DNA of 64,000 nt from the IMG/VR virus record IMGVR_UViG_3300003321_000657, one strand, 5' to 3'. How positions within the stretch are numbered: position 1 is the first letter of the stretch; each line of letters opens with the position of its first letter. This DNA comes from an uncultured virus (IMG/VR IMGVR_UViG_3300003321_000657). Taxonomy: Duplodnaviria > Heunggongvirae > Uroviricota > Caudoviricetes. The position numbers and the translations under genes were made by a program. Below are positions 52,349-60,833 of this stretch, piece by piece. The notes below the pieces were generated by a model, which was given only the letters and a program-made list of their open reading frames with translations, was not told where the DNA came from and searched no databases.

Positions 52349-52618
52349 CACAAACAACCAATGCAGCCGCTGATCAAAGATGACGACGGCGAAACGATCC
52401 GCTTTCAGCCTAACAAGATCGTCGCGTTTATCTTGGATGCCTGCGGCCGCGGCGACAAGATCACGATGAACACTCTGGCTGCTATACCGTTTGACGATGA
52501 GGACCGCCAGCAGTTCGCGCAGCTCATCGGCTACAATCTCAGCGGATACGGCGAGCTTCCGTATGTCTCCGACGAATCCTACCATCAGGCTTGGGAGGAA
52601 GCCAAGAAACTGAAGTAA
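52343..52618 (+). CDS. Phage hypothetical protein
   Basis: QPMQP...IRFQPNKIV...DRQQFAQLIGYNLSGYGELPYVSDE. Confidence 0.7.
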   Translation: MKHKQPMQPLIKDDDGETIRFQPNKIVAFILDACGRGDKITMNTLAAIPFDDEDRQQFAQLIGYNLSGYGELPYVSDESYHQAWEEAKKLK

Positions 52619-52741
52619 CCCCAACCATCCCCGCAGTATCCCCGCCTCAAACTCTTTCACGCCGAGAAAGAAAACGTTCTTGAAAAACTAAAAGGGTTTG
52701 ATAAAAACGTTTTCCAAATCGGCGCGGAAGGGTCCTACCTA

Positions 52742-53620
52742 GTGGCCTTCAAGTACCTGATCACCAAAGGCATCGGCAAGCGCGGACACGTCGAAGGCAA
52801 GAGCCAGTCGAAAGAGTGGAGCTTCGAACAGAAGCAGGTGTACGCGATGCTCCGCGAAGTCGAGAAGTCCAAGGACGAGTTCAACGAGAACTGGCTCCGC
52901 GACTACGCCCTGCTCTACCTTGCCTATGGCTTCGGCCTGCGCGTCGGTGAAGTCGTTCAATTGGAGCGGAGGCATTTCCGCGACATCATCGACATGGTGG
53001 TCCACCTTCCTACGCTCAAGAAATCCAAAAAAATCGTCTACCGCTGCACCGGAGAAGTTGACGGAGAGAAGTGCACGCGCGTCGTCAGAGTCAAGCGCGA
53101 TCGCGCTGGCAAGGACTTCACCTGCGTTCGTTGCGGTACGAAGGGTAAGATTCCGGTCCCGGAGTGGATCAAGGATAACAGCACTCCAGAACGCGATGTA
53201 CCGTATATCGAGGAAGAAACGATCCAGTTCGTGGTCGACTACATGAAGGCCATGCGTCCCGATCAGAAATTCTTCTTCGAGTCTCCGAAATTCAAAAACA
53301 AAGACGCATCCGGCGATCAAGCCGCCACTCCCGCCCGCCACCTTAGCGTGGTGACAGCCTGCCGTATCATGTACACGTTCCTCGCCCGAGCTGGACTGAG
53401 CAATAAGTTCAGCTTTCACGCCTTCCGCCACGGCCGTGGCAAGCGCATCTTCTCCGTCATGAAAGACTTCAAGTCGGTCATGGAGAATCTACGGCACGAT
53501 TCCATAAAGATGAGTGCGCGCTACGCCGCCATCGACGAAGACATGAAGGAAGAGGCTAAGAAAAAGCTCAAGCGATCGGCGGCGTTCTCTCCGATCCGGA
53601 TCGGAGATCAGAAGACATGA
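52742..53620 (+). CDS. Tyrosine recombinase with Cys4 insertion
   Basis: RDYALL...GLRVGE, FHAFRH, LRH, RYA catalytic set; C-x8-C...CVRC insert. Confidence 0.88.
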   Translation: MAFKYLITKGIGKRGHVEGKSQSKEWSFEQKQVYAMLREVEKSKDEFNENWLRDYALLYLAYGFGLRVGEVVQLERRHFRDIIDMVVHLPTLKKSKKIVYRCTGEVDGEKCTRVVRVKRDRAGKDFTCVRCGTKGKIPVPEWIKDNSTPERDVPYIEEETIQFVVDYMKAMRPDQKFFFESPKFKNKDASGDQAATPARHLSVVTACRIMYTFLARAGLSNKFSFHAFRHGRGKRIFSVMKDFKSVMENLRHDSIKMSARYAAIDEDMKEEAKKKLKRSAAFSPIRIGDQKT

Positions 53621-54207
53621 GCAACGATCTCGTGCTGAAGCGCCGCAAGGCCCAAAAAGAGTTAAAGAAGAAGATCCGCCAGCACGGAAATACAGATCCC
53701 GGCCGGATCGAAGACAAGCGTCTGCGTCTGTCACAGACCGTGGCCGCGCTGGATTACGGCATGCGCGGCTTAGCCCTTAAACAGCACCAGCTCAAGCTGG
53801 CCGAGAAGCTGCCGGAAGATCTCAACGACGCCTTCGAGGCTGCCAAGCTGGATCTGCGCTGGAAAGCGGCCGTGATCGAAGGCTTGGGCGCGATCGTGGA
53901 CTGCTTGAGCGTACAAGAGAGAGCCCGCGGAGAAACCAGTGGTAAGATCGGGTTCGTGCGCTGGTCCTTGGCTCACATCGTGGGCGACATGCAGTCTGAC
54001 GAGATGGGCTACGTCTGCGATCTCTTGAAGAAGTACATCGATCCGAAGGGCGAGCTGGAAAAGAAGTACGAGAAGGAAGCGAAGGAGAACGAAGGCAAGG
54101 AGGAAGATCTGCCGATCGTTCCAGATGAGGAGCTGAGCTATGACCGGCCAAATTCTGCCGATAAACGAGATGGAGACGGTGGTGCTGGAGCACGCCAAGC
54201 GCCTTAA
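53617..54207 (+). CDS. Hypothetical protein
   Basis: ATGA coupling to the recombinase gene. Confidence 0.65.
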   Translation: MSNDLVLKRRKAQKELKKKIRQHGNTDPGRIEDKRLRLSQTVAALDYGMRGLALKQHQLKLAEKLPEDLNDAFEAAKLDLRWKAAVIEGLGAIVDCLSVQERARGETSGKIGFVRWSLAHIVGDMQSDEMGYVCDLLKKYIDPKGELEKKYEKEAKENEGKEEDLPIVPDEELSYDRPNSADKRDGDGGAGARQAP

Positions 54208-54363
54208 ACTGCCCGGCTTCGCTGGCGGTCTCATCAACGGCACGCCGCACATGAAGCAGCTACTGGCGTCGCTGTATTCGAATGGATACTGCCTGATCTC
54301 GTTACAGGGCGACGGCGCGCGGCCGGTCTGCGAGAAGCTCAACGCCGGACAAAGGGCTGACGT

Positions 54364-54771
54364 TTGAAGACAAAGACGCATTACGAGATCCTTGGCGTCC
54401 TTCCGAACTGCAAGACGGAAGAGATCAAGGCCGCGTACCGCAGGCTGGCGAAGACGTCACATCCAGACGTTTCCAAGAAACCCAAGGACGTGGCTGAACG
54501 CGAATTCGCCGACATCAATCTGGCGCACGACACTCTGATCGATCCGGCCAAGCGCGCGCAGTACGATTACGCACTCGCCACGCGCGAAGAAGAACCGCCA
54601 TCGACCTTGATGACGACCATTCTGGAAGGAATGCGCGACATCTTCACGCCATCATCTTCGAAAAAAGCAAAACGTTCTCGAAAAAAGAAAGCCAGCAATA
54701 ACATTCCCGATGTAGAGCTCGACGAAATTCCGGACGGATGCGAAATTGGTGAAGAATCGTTCTTTGAGTAA
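54364..54771 (+). CDS. J-domain (DnaJ-like) protein
   Basis: THYEILGV...EIKAAYRRLA...HPD...FADINLAH...RAQYD. Confidence 0.9.
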   Translation: MKTKTHYEILGVLPNCKTEEIKAAYRRLAKTSHPDVSKKPKDVAEREFADINLAHDTLIDPAKRAQYDYALATREEEPPSTLMTTILEGMRDIFTPSSSKKAKRSRKKKASNNIPDVELDEIPDGCEIGEESFFE

Positions 54772-54782
54772 GGAGATTTAAC

Positions 54783-56216
54783 ATGTCGCTGTTGTTCCTG
54801 TTTGCCTGCAAGCCCGGAACCGAACGCGCCGGTTGTGTCGAGCGCGTCATGGTCGAAGGTCCATTCGTCATTCAGACCGGGATCGATCCGGCGACTCGAC
54901 AGCCCAAATACGCGCCGGATGTCGCTAAGGCCGGAGCGTGGTGCGCGGCCAAGCTCAAAGAGCTCGGCTATCCGCTTCCCGGAGGCGCTTTTGACGGTGA
55001 ATTCAAGGGCCGCTGCGCTCAGCAGACGCAGCCCAGCATCATTTGCGTGCAGTCAACGCTGCCGACGCTCGATCCTACGGCCGTGAACTCCGGTCAGCCG
55101 TGGGGTCCGCCTGTCGCCAATGGAGTCAACATGGCTCCGCCGCCGATGGTTGGACCGCAGCGCGCGCCCGGGACGGTGGACTACGAGCCGCTTGACCCGT
55201 CCGCTCTGCCGCGAACTCAGGACGGATTGTTCGAGGACGGAGACGCGCAGGGTGGAACGTACGCCGATATCGACGCGATGACAAAGACGGAGACAGTTCG
55301 CGACGTCGGCGCGGCCAAACCATACGACCCGAGAGATCCGCGCTTCGTCCAGCGGCCGGTGCGATAAGAGAGTGCCCCGCCTAGAGCGGATAATACACTG
55401 TGCGAACCCGTGGTAGAGTGTGCGCACACTTAGCGGGTAGTGAGTGGGCAAGTAAATTGATGATAAAAACGTTCAGGCAGGTCGACGGCAAGCTGCTGCA
55501 TGACACCGATTGCGACATCGGCGGCGCCAAGGTCTGCACCTGCGGACTCCTGAACCATATCCGGCAGTTGGGAGACTTGAATCTCAGCGAAGATGCGCCG
55601 GAAGAGATCGTGGAACAAGAAGGTCGATTGGCGTTTCTGCGGGATGTTTTGAGAGTCGGAGGCCGTCATCATGGAAGATAAAAACTACAGCTACAAGAAC
55701 TACTTTAACGGCCGAGAGATTCTGCCAGAGCTGGATCAGATGGGGCTTGACGAGAAGCCGCCGTTCAAGGGCGTACCGGACAATCCTAGCGACTATCAAG
55801 TTTATCAGGAGTACATGACCCGGCGCATGCAGACCATAAAACGCATGTCTGGTATTGGAGAGAATGAGGGATTTCTCAAGCTTTCCGCTGGCTGTTTCGA
55901 GCGTGACGCGAAGCTGCGTCCAATCCTGTTCAGACAAAAACAAAAGCCAGAGCACAAAGGCGCGGATTTTGTTTTCTCCTGTCCACACGTTTACTTCTGC
56001 GATCCGATTAATCCAGAAGTCATGCGGATGATTCCGTTTGAACGCGGAATCCAAGATGGATACTTCCTTTGCAACACATGCTTTAAAATCTTAGAGCGCA
56101 AGCGTCTTGATTTTGATAAAAACGTGTTTGCTGCTTGCGGCCTCTGTATCGGCGAGAGTTTGAGTCGGATCATGCAAAAAGATGTTGGAAAATTCATTGA
56201 TCTGAGTAAAGTCTGA
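54783..56216 (+). CDS. Three hypothetical genes (54783-55367, Pro-rich; 55460-55681; 55671-56216, Cys-rich)
   Basis: AAGGAG/GGAGG RBSs; ORF track. Confidence 0.6.
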
Positions 56217-56223
56217 TTTTCTT

Positions 56224-56907
56224 ATGTGGCGAATCAGACGAGTCCATATCGTCAAACCCGGAGATAAATTCAATTACCTTACTGTACTTAGAGCTCTTCC
56301 GCCTCACGAGAGGGCGCTGATACCAAAGTACAAAGATAGAAAAATTCTCTGGGAATGCGTGTGCGATTGTGGCGTTATTACCAATCTTCCAAGCTTCCTC
56401 ATTGCCGATGGAAAAGTGAAGACCTGTGGATGTGGCGTTTTATCCACTGGAGGACACAGGCTATTAGGGACGCCGACATATGTTAGCTGGATGGCAATGA
56501 AGGCGCGATGTAATAATCCAAAGCACGAGGCATACGCTCGATACGGCGGAAGAGGAATAAAAGTATGTGGCGAGTGGATGCATGATTTCGCTGCATTTCT
56601 AAGAGACGTTGGAGAACGTCCGTCTACGGATTATCAACTTGAACGGATAGACAATAATGGCAACTACGAACCGGGAAATGTTCGATGGGCTACGAGAGTA
56701 GAGCAGTGGCGGAATCGCTCTACGAATCGGTTGATCACACACGACGGAATCACAAAAACTCTATTTGAGTGGGCTGAAGAGTTCAAGATTCATCCGAATC
56801 GACTAGCCCATCGCTTGGATTTGACCAATCAGGTGTTGTCAGAGGCAATCAAGATTCCTATAAGGAAATATAAGCGCCGCGAGACTATCGATCTATCGAA
56901 GTCTTGA
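56224..56907 (+). CDS. HNH homing endonuclease-like protein
   Basis: WECVCDCG, TCGC, SWMAMKARC, YGGRGIKVC, LERIDNNGNYEPGNVRWAT. Confidence 0.85.
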   Translation: MWRIRRVHIVKPGDKFNYLTVLRALPPHERALIPKYKDRKILWECVCDCGVITNLPSFLIADGKVKTCGCGVLSTGGHRLLGTPTYVSWMAMKARCNNPKHEAYARYGGRGIKVCGEWMHDFAAFLRDVGERPSTDYQLERIDNNGNYEPGNVRWATRVEQWRNRSTNRLITHDGITKTLFEWAEEFKIHPNRLAHRLDLTNQVLSEAIKIPIRKYKRRETIDLSKS

Positions 56908-57217
56908 ACGTCTGATTGTTGATCGTGCGCCGACAGCACACGACGCAATAGTAGTTTCCATCCGGACAGAGGAACACACGGCGGATCTGTTTGCATCCCG
57001 GAGAAACGCACTCGCCGTATACGCGGGATGGCCTGTATTCCTTCTTAGATCCGCAGCCCTTGCGCTTGGTCCGCTCGTCTCCAATACAGACCAGCCAGTG
57101 CGCGCCCTTGCCGTCGACGACGTGCGCAAAGGCAGACGTCATATTGCATGTGTCGCAGAATTCAAGAAAGCGCGAGTGCTTGTGGTACTCGTTGAGGCCA
57201 CGACGCTCGACTGTCAT
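56885..57217 (-). CDS. Cys-rich zinc-finger-like protein
   Basis: Several CxxC pairs; last gene of the minus-strand block, converging on the + strand genes. Confidence 0.6.
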   Translation of the reverse strand: MTVERRGLNEYHKHSRFLEFCDTCNMTSAFAHVVDGKGAHWLVCIGDERTKRKGCGSKKEYRPSRVYGECVSPGCKQIRRVFLCPDGNYYCVVCCRRTINNQTFKTSIDR

Positions 57218-57229
57218 GACCAGCCTCTT

Positions 57230-59371
57230 TCATTTGCGAAACGCCCAGTACAGCGCGCCTACGGCCAATCCGAGCAGCAGGAGCTTGTTCGACGCTTCGA
57301 TCGACGGCGCGGCGCCAAGACCGGTCATGGCTCCGCCAGACTTGCTGGCGATGATCGCATCCATCGGCAGCGCTGGAGGAATATCCTGCGTGCGATCCAG
57401 CGTCGGATCGCCGGTCATACTGATCTGCGATCCATAGTTTACTGGGAAGGGCGCACTGAAGTTGCCACCCGGACCCAGCGGCGGAAGATTGCCGCCTGCA
57501 TTTGCCGCGTTCGCTGGTTTCTTGCCACCTCCGCCACCCGGATTTTGCGGGTTGATCTTGATGGGCGGCGTCCGCATCTCCGTTCCGAAGATGATCGTCG
57601 GATCTGGGTTGTACAGAAATGTGCCGCCCGGATCTTGCGTGACGTACGGGTAGATATTGCCTCCCTGCGCCGGGCCTTGGTTGACCGGAACCGTCGTCAT
57701 ACCATCGGCAGGCGCTGCTGGCCTGAATGTCAAGCCGGGCGGCGGCACGTAAACTGGCTGCTGTGGCGCTGTCGGCCGAGCACCATAGTCGATCATGCCG
57801 CCCTGCTGTTGAGCTGGTGGCGTAAAGCTGATCTGCGCGTCTGAAATGACCGGCGCGGCCTGCACGGGTCCGCACTTGGCCAGCATTTGTTCGGCCGTGT
57901 AGACGCTCGGATCGTAGGTCAAGACCTGCCCGTTTGCACAGGTGACAGATTTGACCGCAGGCTGCGCCGCGGACGCGGCTGCCGCGATCTCTGTCGAGGT
58001 CATGATGTGGACGCCGGGAAAGCCGCCCCTCGCCGGGCGCTGTTTCTTCGGCCGTGGCGGGCATTTCGCGCCAACCTGCGCGTAGCTGCCGTCCCAGCAC
58101 TTATGTACCCGTGGTTTTCGCACTGCCGCCAGTCCGTACATGCCTGAGCCTCCGCCGATGACCACCTGCGCTTCTTCGCCAGTAGCCGGGTTAAACCACA
58201 CCGTCGATCCGTCCTGCTTATGCAGCTTCGCCCAGCCCGGCGCATTCGGTACGATCAGCTTGGGACCTGTCGAGATGGGCGCGTCTGTGGGCGGAGCACT
58301 GGTGACCGGCCTTGATCCGGTCGGAACCTTGACCAGCGGCGTGCCCGGCGCCACGTAGACCGGCTGTGCGGCCGGAGTCTGTGAAGGCTGGACCTGTTGT
58401 GGCGCGGTCGGTGTGGCTCCGTAGTCGGTCCCGCCTTGATGCACCGGACCAATCTGCTGGTAGTAATTGTTGGGATCGTACGGAACCGAGGCCGGTTGTG
58501 ACGGCGGAAGCGGGATTCCGTATGCATTCGACCCGCCCGGGAGCTGCGATGCGTCCCAGTTTTTCGGCGTACACAGGGTCATAGGATCGATCGCGTCGAA
58601 AAAGGACACGATCGATCCATCTGGACAGTTGTACGTCTGCATCTTTTTCGGCGCTGCTACAACATGCGGCCGGTTTCCAACGAATTTCGCGATCGCCGAT
58701 CCGACCAAAAGGCGCGCGCCGATCTTGATTCCCTGACTCTTAGCCTCTTTGACCAGCCGATTCATGGCTGACGAGGCTGAACTGAGCGCATCCGAGACCG
58801 CTCCACTCTCTTTGATGGCCTGAACAGTGGCCGCGGCCTTACTCTTGGCGCTCTGGTATCCAGACGAAACGGCCGTGGCTGTAGCGTGCGCGATGCCAGC
58901 GTTGACCCGCGCCTGCGCATTGACGCACAGTGCCTGTAGCAACTGCGCCAGCTCGGCGGCTTTCAGGTAGGCTCCGCCCTGATCGTATGAGTCGAACATC
59001 TTGCGCGCGTTGGCATACCCGCCATTTTCGAACCACGATTGCAGGTCTACACCACCGGTCATAGCCGCAGATCCGCCACTTCCGGCCGCAGCGCGCACGA
59101 GAGGGTTGTTTTTGAGCTTGGGGCCGAGCGCGGAGAGCCGATTCAGCGTGGTATTGAGCCAGTCGCGTGCGCGCGCTGCGTTGCGAAACTTATCCGACTC
59201 GCGATGGCCGGGCGCTTCACCGCTGTCGGCGGTCGGATCGTAATGCCAGCCCTGATAGATTCCCGAGGTGTTAGCCGGAAAGGCGTTCGCCAGATCGCAG
59301 AACTCCTTCAGCGCGCGTAGAACCTCGTTTGCGGCTGCCAGATCCACGTTTCCGCTCAGGAATCCGATCAT
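57230..59371 (-). CDS. Large Pro/Ala/Gly-rich protein with C-terminal membrane anchor (putative virion protein)
   Basis: ATGA coupling at 59371; ends LLLLGLAVGALYWAFRK. Confidence 0.75.
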   Translation of the reverse strand: MIGFLSGNVDLAAANEVLRALKEFCDLANAFPANTSGIYQGWHYDPTADSGEAPGHRESDKFRNAARARDWLNTTLNRLSALGPKLKNNPLVRAAAGSGGSAAMTGGVDLQSWFENGGYANARKMFDSYDQGGAYLKAAELAQLLQALCVNAQARVNAGIAHATATAVSSGYQSAKSKAAATVQAIKESGAVSDALSSASSAMNRLVKEAKSQGIKIGARLLVGSAIAKFVGNRPHVVAAPKKMQTYNCPDGSIVSFFDAIDPMTLCTPKNWDASQLPGGSNAYGIPLPPSQPASVPYDPNNYYQQIGPVHQGGTDYGATPTAPQQVQPSQTPAAQPVYVAPGTPLVKVPTGSRPVTSAPPTDAPISTGPKLIVPNAPGWAKLHKQDGSTVWFNPATGEEAQVVIGGGSGMYGLAAVRKPRVHKCWDGSYAQVGAKCPPRPKKQRPARGGFPGVHIMTSTEIAAAASAAQPAVKSVTCANGQVLTYDPSVYTAEQMLAKCGPVQAAPVISDAQISFTPPAQQQGGMIDYGARPTAPQQPVYVPPPGLTFRPAAPADGMTTVPVNQGPAQGGNIYPYVTQDPGGTFLYNPDPTIIFGTEMRTPPIKINPQNPGGGGGKKPANAANAGGNLPPLGPGGNFSAPFPVNYGSQISMTGDPTLDRTQDIPPALPMDAIIASKSGGAMTGLGAAPSIEASNKLLLLGLAVGALYWAFRK

Positions 59372-60243
59372 CTCTTCAGCACCTTCCACAGCACCAGCCC
59401 GGCGATCGCGGCTGCCGCAATGCCGCCGCCGATGAGTGCCCAGTTGGTCTTGCTGGTGTACACTTCGACGGGCATGGTCTTGGTCGTGAGTTTGCCGGTC
59501 ACGGCCGACAAACCTGACAGCGACAGGCCCTTGAGCGTTTTACTGAACTCGCCCGTGCGGCTGTTGCGGAAATACTGCTCGCCGTCGAGTAGCACCGCTT
59601 TCCAGCCGTTCTTACCGCCAGCCTGAAGGACGTTGCTCCACGAATTCGTGTTAGCGCTGACGCTCGTGGTGATCGTGGTTGTACCCGCGTAATCTCCGGA
59701 CACGGGCGGCTTCGGTTTCGATTTTCCACCTGACGTCGTCATGTTCGTATCCGGGAACAAGCTCTGGAAGATCCCGCCCGAAGTGACCACGGTCGGAACG
59801 GAAGGAGTCGCCATAGGAGCCCAGACCATGTTCGGATCGCTGACCTTTACGCTCACGGGCGGCGCGGCGTCGACTGGCATCGTAAAAGCGGCCGCGGCTC
59901 CGCTATCCGGCGCCTTAAAGATGTCGTTGATCGTTGGCCAGAACGAAGAGCCTGCCGCGCTGGCTGGCGGACCGAACTGATCGGCGCTGGGACCGTAGTG
60001 ATACGGGTCCTTTGCAACCTGCATCGACACGGCAACTGGAGTGGGTTCCACCACACTGGTGGAAGAGCAGCCGCCGCTCCCTCACCTGAATTGCACGCGC
60101 GGACTGGGACGGTACGACGAGCTCGAAGTTGAGCTCACTGACGGCGATACGTATGTAGATCCGCCGTCAGACGATCCGCCCTTGTCCGGAATCCACTGTC
60201 CGGACGCATCCTCGTCATGAAGCGCGGCAATGTTCAGCGGCAT
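59368..60243 (-). CDS. Ser/Pro-rich protein with C-terminal membrane anchor and one in-frame TGA at 60082-60084
   Basis: GGAGG RBS and ATG 60243 are in frame with track ORF 59368..60054; ends WALIGGGIAAAAIAGLVLWKVLKR. Confidence 0.65.
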
Positions 60244-60244
60244 G

Positions 60245-60793
60245 TTATGCCTCCTTCGCGTCTTTCTTCTTCTTACCCTCGTCGATCTTGCTGACGTTCG
60301 ACTTCTCTTCGCCTTCTTCGTCTTCGTCCGGAGCGGTCATGGACGCCATGGATTCGAACTTGCGCGGCCGATCGTTGAAGGCGTCTTCGAGCTCCTGATA
60401 AGCTTCGACCTTCTCGACCAGATTTCCGACCGGTTCGTAGTGTTTCAGGACTTCAAGCACGTAATCGCAGTAGCTCTGCTTGAGAAAGCCCGAGTGCTTC
60501 CCGGCCTTGTAGCCCTTCTCGCACTTCGGATCGCCTTCCGGATCGACCGGCTTGAGCACGCATTCGCGCATCCACTTCTGGACGTGCTCCATCAATTTGC
60601 GCTTGGGCCGGTCTGTGGTCATGTAGACGTTCGGGACGCCCTGACCCTTGGTCATTCCCGCCTGAATCAGCGGGAGCTTGAACGGCTCCAGCAGCATGTG
60701 CGCCAGCATTTCGACAGCCTTTTCCGACAGTTCCAATTTCATGAGCGCTCTCCTCTCCTTGAGACGATCCAGTGTATGTTTCGCCATCCCCAT
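60245..60793 (-). CDS. Hypothetical protein
   Basis: ORF track; highly charged C-terminus. Confidence 0.7.
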   Translation of the reverse strand: MGMAKHTLDRLKERRALMKLELSEKAVEMLAHMLLEPFKLPLIQAGMTKGQGVPNVYMTTDRPKRKLMEHVQKWMRECVLKPVDPEGDPKCEKGYKAGKHSGFLKQSYCDYVLEVLKHYEPVGNLVEKVEAYQELEDAFNDRPRKFESMASMTAPDEDEEGEEKSNVSKIDEGKKKKDAKEA

Positions 60794-60833
60794 GGAGCGG
60801 ATTTTACGAAATGTTTCCCGAAAAGGCAACCGG

